A stretch of DNA of 64,000 bases from assembly GCA_047633175.1 (NCBI GenBank), contig JBLIEQ010000014.1, forward strand, positions 24,843 to 88,842, written 5' to 3'. The notes beneath the pieces were generated by a model. It did not search any database, was not told where the DNA came from, and saw only the letters and a list, made by a program, of their open reading frames with translations. Both the position numbers and the translations under genes were made by a program. Shown here piece by piece: positions 47,362 through 57,100 of the stretch (position 1 is its first letter; each line of letters begins with the position of its first letter). The stretch is from Motiliproteus sp. (GTDB lineage Bacteria > Pseudomonadota > Gammaproteobacteria > Pseudomonadales > Balneatricaceae).

Positions 47362-49082
47362 CAGGACTTTCCCGCCTGCAGTGGCGCGAGTGGCATAAAC
47401 CAGTCGTCGTTAAACGGTTTACCGATATCTTCCAGCAGCGGCGCTCCCTGGAACATGGTGTTACGAACCCACAGCCGTGAACGGGGATCGAACTTACCCA
47501 CACCGAAGAACGCCAGCTTGCAACGCAGCAGGTGCATCGGCAGGACATCACGATCCAGCAGGTTGGCCTGAATATCCCCATACACGCAGCGATTCATGCT
47601 CTGTATCCGCCGTACGATGCCGCGCATTTTCGGGCGCGCCACCATAAAGCGAGCCGTCGTATGCTCAGGATTCTGAGTGATGTATTGGCACAGCACCTCA
47701 TAGCATTTGTGCACCGCGTAACCGACCCCCAGCGCCATCTGTTTCTGCTTGGCTTCTTCATCGGCGACGCTGCCCAGACGCGGCTCCATCTTCTCTTCGG
47801 AACGGTACCAGCAGGTCTCGCGCGCCCCCTCGGCTTTGAAGTCGATGATCAGTGCCCAGCCGTAGCGGCTTTCGATCACCGTCTTGAGTTGCTGCAACGG
47901 CATCAGCGGATCCAGGTCGAGAAACTCTTCGGCATCATGGTAATCCTCCAGCTCGTCGACCAGCTCGGGATAGAGCTCCAGCATGATCGATACCAGCATC
48001 TCTTGTCCTTGCAGAGAGTTGTTTGCTTCACTCCAGGCGACCAGTGCGTCCCAGTCGTCGAAGCCACCGGCGGCATAAGCCTGCAAGGCATCAAGATCTT
48101 TCAACACTTGCGTATTGTTGTCGGCTTGCCACGCATCTTCGGTGGCGGTATCACGGGTATGCTGGGCACAGCGTTCAATCAGGATGCCCAGTTGCTGCCG
48201 GACCTGGGTGTTGATGCTGCCCAGCACCCGAATGCGGGCCAGCGCCAGCTCACGCATTTCGATCCACTGGTTAATCAGCAGCGGATGATTAACCAGAAAC
48301 GGAGCCATGCCCAGACCGGTGGAATTACCGATACCGAAGTAACGCTTAATCTCCGGCTGCATGGGCTGAAAGCTGTCCGGGGCCTGGTGGCGGGCGATAT
48401 GCTCAGCCTGCAGCAGGCTAAAGTTACGCAGCATCAGGCAGACAAACATCTCGCCGGCAAATGGCCGGGAAAAATCCGGGTATTTGGCACGAACCTTTTC
48501 CCAGTCGGCCATGCCGAGCTTACCGCTACCGTAGACGGCCGTGGTGCGGTACAGGTAACCCACCTGGGTAATTCGATCGACGTCCGGTTGTTTGCCCTGG
48601 GCCAGCTGGTCCACAACATAGTCAAAATTTCTGGCGCTGCGGTTGGCGCGCGACAATACAAAGACTCGGGAATCCACCCGCCCCGCTTCCTGTTTGGGGA
48701 CATTTTGACGCAGCTTCTCCAGATAAGCATCTTCTACCCGGCCTTCCACCAGGGCCATCGCCAGATCCCACTGGGTGGCAATAACTCTGTCGTTGCGATT
48801 TTCGGGAGACAGGTAGTCAGAAAAGATCACGAAACTGAAGAGCCCCTGGGGTGCCTTAACTTCATAGACGACCGTCCCATAGCCCTTGGCATCCAAATCA
48901 AAGCGGGCCGCCTCAATCTGCCATCGTTCACGCATGATCCGGCGCACCAGGGTGCGCATGAAACTCAGGCGACTCTGATGTAAAGCGCCCAGACGCTTGA
49001 GGTCCATCACCTGGCTGGGTGGACGGAGCGGTAAGGCATTATCACCCCTCAAGGCGTTCTGAATAGCGGCAGAAGTCGTCAT
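47361..49082 (-). CDS. large conserved hypothetical protein, no family recognised
   Basis: 573 aa with normal amino-acid composition. It is first in an apparent three-gene operon. Confidence 0.7.
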   Translation of the reverse strand: MTTSAAIQNALRGDNALPLRPPSQVMDLKRLGALHQSRLSFMRTLVRRIMRERWQIEAARFDLDAKGYGTVVYEVKAPQGLFSFVIFSDYLSPENRNDRVIATQWDLAMALVEGRVEDAYLEKLRQNVPKQEAGRVDSRVFVLSRANRSARNFDYVVDQLAQGKQPDVDRITQVGYLYRTTAVYGSGKLGMADWEKVRAKYPDFSRPFAGEMFVCLMLRNFSLLQAEHIARHQAPDSFQPMQPEIKRYFGIGNSTGLGMAPFLVNHPLLINQWIEMRELALARIRVLGSINTQVRQQLGILIERCAQHTRDTATEDAWQADNNTQVLKDLDALQAYAAGGFDDWDALVAWSEANNSLQGQEMLVSIMLELYPELVDELEDYHDAEEFLDLDPLMPLQQLKTVIESRYGWALIIDFKAEGARETCWYRSEEKMEPRLGSVADEEAKQKQMALGVGYAVHKCYEVLCQYITQNPEHTTARFMVARPKMRGIVRRIQSMNRCVYGDIQANLLDRDVLPMHLLRCKLAFFGVGKFDPRSRLWVRNTMFQGAPLLEDIGKPFNDDWFMPLAPLQAGKS

Positions 49083-49245
49083 TATTGATATCCTTTATGG
49101 CTGCGCATCTACTCGTTTATTCGATCCTCGTCGCACGCCGGGATCCGCTGAGACCTCTGAAACCGACTTGCTGACATTCTCTACGAGCTTGATTGCCATC
49201 ATCGGCCAACAAGCCGATGTCAGACAAATAAAAAGGATATATCGA

Positions 49246-49266
49246 TTGATAAGCGAAACTTATCAA
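49246..49266. promoter_or_regulatory. LysR-type box TTGATAAG-CGAAA-CTTATCAA
   Basis: Perfect 8-5-8 inverted repeat, about 165 nt upstream of the 573-aa gene. Its core GATAAG-N5-CTTATC is identical to the site at 50466-50482. Confidence 0.55.
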
Positions 49267-49497
49267 GACACCTGAATTAATTACTTTTACTATAAAAAAC
49301 AGGACCGTAGACTGGAATGAAATCCCAACAACACTCCAGCAACCCCTCTCCAGGTACGCCTGCATCTGTGTTGGTTCGCATAGGCCCATGAAAGCTGGGA
49401 TTGCATCTCAGCCTACCTCGCTTCTTTTGTAGGTTAGGCTTCAGCCTGACGAAGTGGAGGCGTATGGGTCGCAACAATTATGGGTACAGAGCCTTCT

Positions 49498-50391
49498 CTA
49501 GGGTTTGCTGCTGGCGAGGATAAAGTCGACCAGCGCCCTAGCGGGCGGCGGCAGCGATCTGTTGCTGAGCTGCACGATACCGATCCGCCGAATCACGGTG
49601 GGTGCAACCAGGGGAATAAACTTCAGGGTCGTACTCTCCTTTGGGAAGGCGTACCAGGGCAACGTGGTAATGCCGAACCCGGCTTCCAGCATCGCGATCA
49701 ATGAGATCATATTGGATACATAAAACTGTGACTGGCCCAGCAAGGGGCTCGCCTCACTGTCTTCGAGCAGGCGGGAGGTACCATTACTGATCAGCCGGTG
49801 CCGGAGCAATGCCTTCCAGTGAAGCCCTTCGTTATCAGCCAGCGGATGATCGTTGGGGCAGACCACGCCGATACGGTCTTCCCAGATCGGAGTAAAGGTC
49901 TTGTCGCTATGATCCTGTTCGTGAAACAGGTGAGTGATACCAAAATCTACTTGCTGATCTTCGACCATCTTCAACACAGCATTCGAATTATCATCAAAAA
50001 AACTGACGTGCAGGTCAGGCGTATCGGCCACAAATCGAAGCAGCAGATCTGGCAACACTCGACTGGCGATGGAGGGCACCGACGCAAGCCGCAGGTGCCC
50101 GGTCTTATGCTCGGCCAGCAGTGTCATATCTTCGGCGATACGATCATGGTGGGCGATCAGCTCTTTTGCCTTGGGTAGAAAATGATGTCCGTACGGGGTC
50201 AGCTCCGTCTTAGCCGTCTTGGCATTGCGCTTCTCGAACAGTCCCTCGCCGAGCTTGTGCTCCAGATCCTTTATCGACAGCGAAATTGCCGGCTGAGTAC
50301 GGTGCGCTTTTTCGGCAGCCGCATGAAAACCTTTCAGCTCGGCAACCCAGACGAAGTGACGTAGTTGGGCAATTTTCAATTCTGGCAGCAC
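49498..50391 (-). CDS. LysR-family transcriptional regulator
   Basis: LRHFVWVAELKGFHAAAEKAHRTQPAISLSIKDLE. It is divergent from the aldehyde dehydrogenase operon. Confidence 0.92.
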   Translation of the reverse strand: MLPELKIAQLRHFVWVAELKGFHAAAEKAHRTQPAISLSIKDLEHKLGEGLFEKRNAKTAKTELTPYGHHFLPKAKELIAHHDRIAEDMTLLAEHKTGHLRLASVPSIASRVLPDLLLRFVADTPDLHVSFFDDNSNAVLKMVEDQQVDFGITHLFHEQDHSDKTFTPIWEDRIGVVCPNDHPLADNEGLHWKALLRHRLISNGTSRLLEDSEASPLLGQSQFYVSNMISLIAMLEAGFGITTLPWYAFPKESTTLKFIPLVAPTVIRRIGIVQLSNRSLPPPARALVDFILASSKP

Positions 50392-50465
50392 GACAATCTC
50401 CCGAGACTACGACTAACGAATAAGATAGCCTACCGACAAGGCGGCCTATCGATAGCAAGACAGCA

Positions 50466-50482
50466 GATAAGGAAATCTTATC
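50466..50482. promoter_or_regulatory. LysR-type box GATAAG-GAAAT-CTTATC (T-N11-A) in the divergent intergenic region
   Basis: Perfect 6-5-6 inverted repeat between the lysR start (50391) and the ALDH start (50559). Confidence 0.6.
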
Positions 50483-50558
50483 GACAAATAGTATTTACTA
50501 ATTTTTATTATTGAAGCACAAAGCCTATTATTTTTCCAACAACATTCGAGAGGTGAAC

Positions 50559-52001
50559 ATGTCTGATTCCGTATTTCGTAATTATATCGCTGGTGAGTGG
50601 GTAGAAGGTAACAGCAGCTTGGCCAATATCAGCCCGGCCGATACCAGTGATCTGATCGGCCATTATGCCCAGGCGGATAAAGCACAAACCATCGCTGCCA
50701 TCGCAGCCGCAGCCGCAGGTCAAGTCGAATGGGCCAAGAGCGGCCTGGAGCAACGCTACTCGGTCTTGATGGCGATCGGTGATGAACTGATCGCACGCAA
50801 AGATGAACTGGGTAAGCTACTGGCCCGCGAAGAAGGCAAGACCCTGGCGGAAGGCGCCGGCGAAACCTACCGCTCCGGTCAATTCTTCCATTATTACGCC
50901 GCCGAAGTACTCCGCCAGATGGGTGAAACGGCTGACTCCGTTCGCCCGGGTGTCGAGATTGAAACACGCCGCGAGCCTGTTGGCGTGGTTGGGGTCATCA
51001 CCCCCTGGAACTTCCCGACCGCAACGGGCGCCTGGAAGATCGCACCGGCACTGGCCTTCGGTAACGCCGTCGTCTTCAAGCCTGCCAACCAGGTCCCGGC
51101 AAGCGCCTGGGCACTGACCGAAATCATCTCCCGTCAAGGTCTGCCTGCGGGCACCTTCAACCTGATTATGGGGCCTGGCGCCGAAGTGGGTGATGCCCTG
51201 ATCAACTCGCGTGGTATCGATGCCCTGACCTTTACCGGATCGCTGGAAACCGGTCGGAAAGTGGCGGTAGCCACGGCCGTCAACCTGATCAAATGCCAGC
51301 TGGAGATGGGCAGTAAGAATGCTCTGATAGTCCTCGACGATGCGGATCTCGATAACGCGGTCGAATGTGCCGTTGGTGGCGCCTACGGCGGTACCGGCCA
51401 GAAATGTACCGCCTCTTCACGACTGATCGTTACCGAGGGCATTCACGATCGTTTTGTTGCCGCCGTCATCGAGCGCATGAAGAAACTGGTCGTTGGTCAT
51501 CCGCTGAAAGAGGGTGTTCACATTGGTGCGGTCGCCGATGCCCGCCAGATGGAGCAGAACCTCCGCTACCTGGAAAGCGCCAAGCAGGAAGGTGGCAAAC
51601 TGGTCTACGGCGGCGAGGTCCTGACAGAGGACACCGAGGGTTATTACATGCGCCCCGCCCTGTTCACCGAAACCACCAACGCCATGACGATCAACCGTGA
51701 AGAAGCCTTTGCGCCGATCGCCTGTATTATCAAGGTCAAGGATTACGAAGAGGCGCTAACCACCCTTAACGACACCAATTTTGGCCTGACGGGTGGTATC
51801 TGCACCACATCACTGAAGTACGCCACCGACTTTAAACGCAGTGCCAAGACGGGCTGTGTGATGATCAACCTGCCCACAGCCGGTACGGATTACCACGTAC
51901 CCTTCGGCGGTCGTAAGGATTCCAGCTTCGGACCCCGTGAACAGGGCACCTATGCCAAAGAGTTCTATACCGTTGTTAAAACTACGTATATGCGCGCGTA
52001 A
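50559..52001 (+). CDS. NAD(P)-dependent aldehyde dehydrogenase (alpha-ketoglutaric-semialdehyde dehydrogenase-like)
   Basis: FRNYIAGEWVEG..., VITPWNFP, FTGS, EMGSKN, CTASSR. ATG 50559 has GAGAGG upstream. Confidence 0.9.
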   Translation: MSDSVFRNYIAGEWVEGNSSLANISPADTSDLIGHYAQADKAQTIAAIAAAAAGQVEWAKSGLEQRYSVLMAIGDELIARKDELGKLLAREEGKTLAEGAGETYRSGQFFHYYAAEVLRQMGETADSVRPGVEIETRREPVGVVGVITPWNFPTATGAWKIAPALAFGNAVVFKPANQVPASAWALTEIISRQGLPAGTFNLIMGPGAEVGDALINSRGIDALTFTGSLETGRKVAVATAVNLIKCQLEMGSKNALIVLDDADLDNAVECAVGGAYGGTGQKCTASSRLIVTEGIHDRFVAAVIERMKKLVVGHPLKEGVHIGAVADARQMEQNLRYLESAKQEGGKLVYGGEVLTEDTEGYYMRPALFTETTNAMTINREEAFAPIACIIKVKDYEEALTTLNDTNFGLTGGICTTSLKYATDFKRSAKTGCVMINLPTAGTDYHVPFGGRKDSSFGPREQGTYAKEFYTVVKTTYMRA

Positions 52002-52013
52002 CGGAGTTTTATC

Positions 52014-53030
52014 ATGCAGCAAGTAGCGAATCAAAACGTGCACAGCGACCTGATTGTCATCGACGGTCTCCAGTATTCCAACTGGAACCGAGAGATCTTT
52101 GAACAGCTCCATCGCGGTGGCGTCACGATGGTCCACGCGACTATCGTGTACCACGAGCAGATTCGCGAAACCCTGCTGCGAATTGCCGAATGGAACCGAC
52201 ACTTCGAACAGCACAGCGACCTGATCATGCCGGTCAAGAGTGCCGACGATATCCGTCTCGCGAAGCAGCTCGGCAAGGTTGGCATCCTGTTCGGCGCCCA
52301 GAACTGCTCTCCGATTGAAGATGACATCGGCATGATTGAGGTGATGCGCGAGCTTAACCTGATGATCATGCAGCTGACCTATAACAATCAGAGCCTGCTG
52401 GCCTGTGGTTGCTACGAAGCCGAAGACAGCGGGGTCACCCGCTTTGGTCGGCAGGCAATCAAGGAGATGAACCGCGTCGGCATGGTGGTGGATATGAGTC
52501 ACAGTGGCGAGCGCAGTACCCTGGATGCCATCGAAATCTCCGAGCGTCCGATCGTGATTTCTCATGCGAACCCAAGCAGCTTTCATGCCGCCAAGCGCAA
52601 TAAGTCGGACCGGGTGCTCAGGGCACTGGGCGAGTCCGGTGGCTTGCTGGGCTTCAGCCTCTACCCGTTTCACCTGAAAAATGGTCCTGACTGCACCCTG
52701 GAAGATTTCTGCAACATGGTTGCCAGTACCGCCGATCTTATGGGCATCGATCAGATCGGCATAGGAACCGATCTGTGTCAGCAACAGCCGGCGTCTGTCC
52801 TGGAATGGATGCGCAACGGCCGTTGGTCTAAAGAGATGGATTACGGCGAAGGCTCCAAGGCCAATTCAGCCTGGCCGCGGCCCTTAACCTGGTTTCGTGA
52901 TAGTCGCGATTTTCCCAACCTTACCCATGGCCTGCTGGATCGCGGGTTCAGCCTGGAAGAGGTTGCCAAGATCATGGGGCGTAACTGGCTGCATTTCCTC
53001 GATGAGGCGTTAAAACCACAACGTTCCTAA
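52014..53030 (+). CDS. M19-family (renal-dipeptidase-like) metallohydrolase
   Basis: VIDGLQ..., VVDMSHSGERST, VISHANP. Confidence 0.82.
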   Translation: MQQVANQNVHSDLIVIDGLQYSNWNREIFEQLHRGGVTMVHATIVYHEQIRETLLRIAEWNRHFEQHSDLIMPVKSADDIRLAKQLGKVGILFGAQNCSPIEDDIGMIEVMRELNLMIMQLTYNNQSLLACGCYEAEDSGVTRFGRQAIKEMNRVGMVVDMSHSGERSTLDAIEISERPIVISHANPSSFHAAKRNKSDRVLRALGESGGLLGFSLYPFHLKNGPDCTLEDFCNMVASTADLMGIDQIGIGTDLCQQQPASVLEWMRNGRWSKEMDYGEGSKANSAWPRPLTWFRDSRDFPNLTHGLLDRGFSLEEVAKIMGRNWLHFLDEALKPQRS

Positions 53031-53149
53031 ACCGCCTTTAACAACACCAGGTAAAACCGATGACGCAGTGCTTACCCGCCCTGCGTCATCTTAGCAATAC
53101 CCTGATCAACCCATAAATATAACTATAAGAGATCCATCGGGAGACTAAA

Positions 53150-54727
53150 ATGAGCAGTAACCAAACCCAGGCTAACCGGCCTAAAGATGAGCCGGCGATG
53201 TCGAAAACCAAATGGCTGGAAGGTGTCGATCTTCCCGTATTTCTGATCAGCGGCGGCATTTTAGTGCTGTTTGCTGTCTTGGCCCTGTACGACATCAAGA
53301 TGGTGTCGGGCTGGGTCAATACCGGCTTTGCTACTTCGACCAAATTGTTCGGTGCCTATTGGCAGCTACTGTTATTACTAACCTTCTTTATCGGGATCAT
53401 CCTGGCCGTTAGCCGTACCGGTGGGGTCGTTCTTGGGGGTATCAAAACTCCAGAGATATCCACCTTCAAGTGGGTCTCGATCATCATGTGCACCCTGCTC
53501 GCCGGTGGCGGCGTATTCTGGGCGGCAGCCGAGCCGATGGCACATTTCACCTCGCCACCACCGCTGTTTTCAGGCATGGCGGGCAGCGAAACAGGGACCA
53601 CTCAGGCCGCTTTCAATGCCCTGGCGCAGAGCTTTATGCACTGGGGCTTCCTGGCCTGGGCTATTCTCGGCAGCCTGACCGGCATCGTCTTTATGTACCT
53701 GCACTATGAAAAAGGCCTGCCGTTAAAGCCACGTACGCTGCTCTACCCCGTATTCGGCGATAAGGTCATGACCGGCCCGCTGGGCACTATTGTCGATACC
53801 TGCTGCGTACTGGCGGTTGTCGCAGGTACCGTCGGACCTATCGGCTTTCTCGGCCTGCAGGTGAGCTTTGGCTTGGAAAAACTGTTCGGCATCCCCGATA
53901 CGTATCTCACTCAGGTCAGCATCCTGGTGGGCCTGATCTGTATCTATACCCTGTCGGCAGTCAGTGGTGTGACTAAGGGTATCCAGATACTCAGCCGCGC
54001 CAACGTCATCCTGGCAGTCTCGCTGATGGCGTTCATCCTGATCTTTGGCCCAACGGCGTTTATCATCGACGCTTACCTGCATGGATTCGGCCTATATCTG
54101 GACCAGTTCATCCCGATGGCGACCTTCCGCGCTAGCCCGGCATGGCTGGACTGGTGGACCGTATTTTTCTGGGGCTGGTTCCTAGGCTATGGTCCGTTGA
54201 TGGCGATGTTTATTGCCCGCATCTCTCGGGGCCGTACTATCCGCCAGATGATACTCTTGATCTCGGTCGTCGCACCGGTCATCACCTGTTTCTGGTTCAC
54301 CATCGTTGGCGGCAGTGGTCTGGCGTTTGAATTGGCCGATCCTGGAGTGATCTCGGGTCCCTTTACCGGATTCAACCTGCCTGCGGCTCTGCTGGCGATC
54401 ACCGAGCAGCTGCCCATGGGATTCTTTATCTCGGTGTTGTTCCTGATCCTGACTACCATCTTTGTCGCCACCACGGGTGATTCTATGACCTACGCGATCT
54501 CGATGGTCATGACCGGAACAGATCATCCACAACCTGCTATCCGGGTGTTCTGGGGTGTCATGATGGGCGTGATCGCAGCGCTACTCATCTCCATAGGCTC
54601 CGGCGGCATCTCCGCGCTGCAGTCCTTCATCGTCATCACAGCGGTCCCAGTGTCATTGATATTGCTGCCGTCCCTGTGGACCGCTCCGCAGATCGCAATG
54701 AAGATGGCCAAAGAACAGGGGCTCTAA
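53150..54727 (+). CDS. BCCT-family (betaine/carnitine/choline-type) transporter
   Basis: 525 aa, 12 TM, with a Trp-rich TM8 region (WTVFFWGWFLGYGPLMAMFIARISRGRTIRQ). Confidence 0.9.
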   Translation: MSSNQTQANRPKDEPAMSKTKWLEGVDLPVFLISGGILVLFAVLALYDIKMVSGWVNTGFATSTKLFGAYWQLLLLLTFFIGIILAVSRTGGVVLGGIKTPEISTFKWVSIIMCTLLAGGGVFWAAAEPMAHFTSPPPLFSGMAGSETGTTQAAFNALAQSFMHWGFLAWAILGSLTGIVFMYLHYEKGLPLKPRTLLYPVFGDKVMTGPLGTIVDTCCVLAVVAGTVGPIGFLGLQVSFGLEKLFGIPDTYLTQVSILVGLICIYTLSAVSGVTKGIQILSRANVILAVSLMAFILIFGPTAFIIDAYLHGFGLYLDQFIPMATFRASPAWLDWWTVFFWGWFLGYGPLMAMFIARISRGRTIRQMILLISVVAPVITCFWFTIVGGSGLAFELADPGVISGPFTGFNLPAALLAITEQLPMGFFISVLFLILTTIFVATTGDSMTYAISMVMTGTDHPQPAIRVFWGVMMGVIAALLISIGSGGISALQSFIVITAVPVSLILLPSLWTAPQIAMKMAKEQGL

Positions 54728-54857
54728 CACCGCCCTCAGCACGAACAGGGCACCGCCTGACCGGTGCCCTCCTTATCCCAAGGAGTGGTCGCTATACCGC
54801 TCTTTTTTTTGTTCATCTGTTTGATTCGTTTAAGTCATTTATGGGTAGGCCATCGCT

Positions 54858-55235
54858 ATGAAAAAAGCTGTAAAAACCAAATTGTTCGCTTCTAAGGCAC
54901 CCCTGGAGTGGGCGGTCATCGCCAATGGCCAGCTCTCCACTGCCCAGATCCCCATCGACACCGAAGGTAAGGTGGTTGAGGGTGGCATCGAAGCTCAGGC
55001 GCGTCAGACGATGGAAAACTTTAAGCATACGATTGAAGCGGCTGAATTAACGATGGCCGATGTGACTCAGGTGCTTATCTATGTCACCGCACGGGATCAG
55101 TTGCCGGCGTTCAACAAGGTGTACGCCGAGTATTTCGACGCTCCCTATCCCAATCGTGCGGCGATGATCGTCGCCGGCCTCGCGCGCGAAGAGATGCTCT
55201 GCGAAGTCGTCGCTTATGCGGCGGTCCCTGAGTAA
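54858..55235 (+). CDS. RidA/YjgF-family protein
   Basis: 125 aa. ...YVTARDQLPAFNKVYAEYF...PNRAAMIVAGLAREEMLCEV. Confidence 0.85.
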   Translation: MKKAVKTKLFASKAPLEWAVIANGQLSTAQIPIDTEGKVVEGGIEAQARQTMENFKHTIEAAELTMADVTQVLIYVTARDQLPAFNKVYAEYFDAPYPNRAAMIVAGLAREEMLCEVVAYAAVPE

Positions 55236-55270
55236 GCCACAGACGGCCAGAATCATTTACAGACGTAAAT

Positions 55271-55297
55271 GAGCCTGAACAGTCCCTGTTCAGGCTC
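55271..55297 (+). terminator. hairpin after the RidA gene (no U-tract)
   Basis: GAGCCTGAACAG-TCC-CTGTTCAGGCTC. Confidence 0.45.
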
Positions 55298-55330
55298 CCT
55301 ACTCCCTACTCCCTACTCCCTACTCCCTAC
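55296..55330. repeat. heptanucleotide tandem repeat (TCCCTAC)x5, perfect
   Basis: Counted directly; it begins inside the 3' arm of the preceding hairpin. Confidence 0.95.
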
Positions 55331-55575
55331 TGCTGCCGGTTCGCATAAGGCCGCAAACATGAGCACTAATGCCATCGGCCTGTCCTTGGCACGGTATAAT
55401 CTGCGGATCAGGTCCGCTATCATCCCCAGAGGCAATCTGGCTAGGGCGTCATACGCTATCCATCAGACCCAACCTGACCAGAATGCGTCTTCAACCTGCA
55501 CTGCGGTCTTAGGTATCAACTCAATCCCTCCCCCGTAGATAAGCACTCACGCCCGATTTTAAGGATTAATTTACT

Positions 55576-55950
55576 ATGCTTTTAGGCGTTTGCCTCGGCA
55601 CTAACAACCTCGCCCATGCGGCCGCATTTTACGACCATCTGCTCAACACTCTCGGCATGGTACGCACGATGGAAGCGGACGACGAGATCGGCTACGGCCT
55701 ACCCGGCGGGCCCAGCTGCTTCTGGGTCATACAACCCTTCGATCAACAGCCGGCAACCCGCGGCAACGGCACCCAGGTGACCTTTAAAGCAGTCAGCAAC
55801 GCGGCCGTAGAAGCGTTCCACCAGGCCGCATTAGCGTTTGCCGGTACAGACGAAGGCACCCCGGGTTACCGGTACCGCCCAGGTTACTTCGGCGCTTACT
55901 GTCGAGACCTCGACGGCAATAAGCTGCACGTCATGCACGCATCAGAATAA
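55576..55950 (+). CDS. VOC (glyoxalase/bleomycin-resistance/dioxygenase) family protein
   Basis: 124 aa. ...GTNNLAHAAAFYDHLL...YCRDLDGNKLHVMH. Confidence 0.8.
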   Translation: MLLGVCLGTNNLAHAAAFYDHLLNTLGMVRTMEADDEIGYGLPGGPSCFWVIQPFDQQPATRGNGTQVTFKAVSNAAVEAFHQAALAFAGTDEGTPGYRYRPGYFGAYCRDLDGNKLHVMHASE

Positions 55951-55983
55951 TAACCCGCCGGCCACAGGGAGGGGCATAACCAT

Positions 55984-56011
55984 AAAAAAACCCGCCATTA
56001 GGCGGGTTTTT
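55984..56011. terminator. bidirectional intrinsic terminator between the VOC gene and adk
   Basis: AAAAAAA-CCCGCC-ATTA-GGCGGG-TTTTT. Confidence 0.8.
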
Positions 56012-56039
56012 AACAGCGTGTCACTCGGGGCATTGAGGC

Positions 56040-56699
<660 letters not shown>

Positions 56700-57100
56700 T
56701 CACTCCATAATTTAAAAATTGATTGGTATGCAGGCCTGATCTTAGAGGCTTACCATAACGCAACACTGCGGCTTCGGTCTTACGTTCTAATAGCCGGCTA
56801 CAGGTCGTCTAAACACGGAGCTAAAACACCAAGCCTGAAAACGAATCCAGTGCAGCAAGCATCCTTTCTCAGGAAACGAAAATTAACAGCCTGCAAGGTA
56901 ATCACTTTGCCGCACTGCCGCAATACGACATTAGAACTACCGACAAAACAACGGTTTCTTTTAAGACAGCTGGACAGCGTAGTCGATTCGCTCGCCCGAC
57001 TCAATAACAGTTGCACGGCCTGCTTCGACGGGGTGGGTCAGATTTGCGAACCTCGTTAATGCTGCCTATCATTGCCAGCTGCTAAACGGAGAATAGCGCC

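Noticed and set aside
47532-48983. 483-aa plus-strand ORF, the longest unassigned ORF in the track
   Set aside because: It is entirely nested antisense to the 573-aa gene. Its composition is dominated by R/H/Q/G/L runs typical of the reverse frame of GC-rich coding DNA, and it has no start context or recognisable motif.
51810-52784. 324-aa minus-strand ORF spanning the ALDH/dipeptidase junction
   Set aside because: It is antisense to two well-supported genes with clear family motifs and has shadow-ORF composition.
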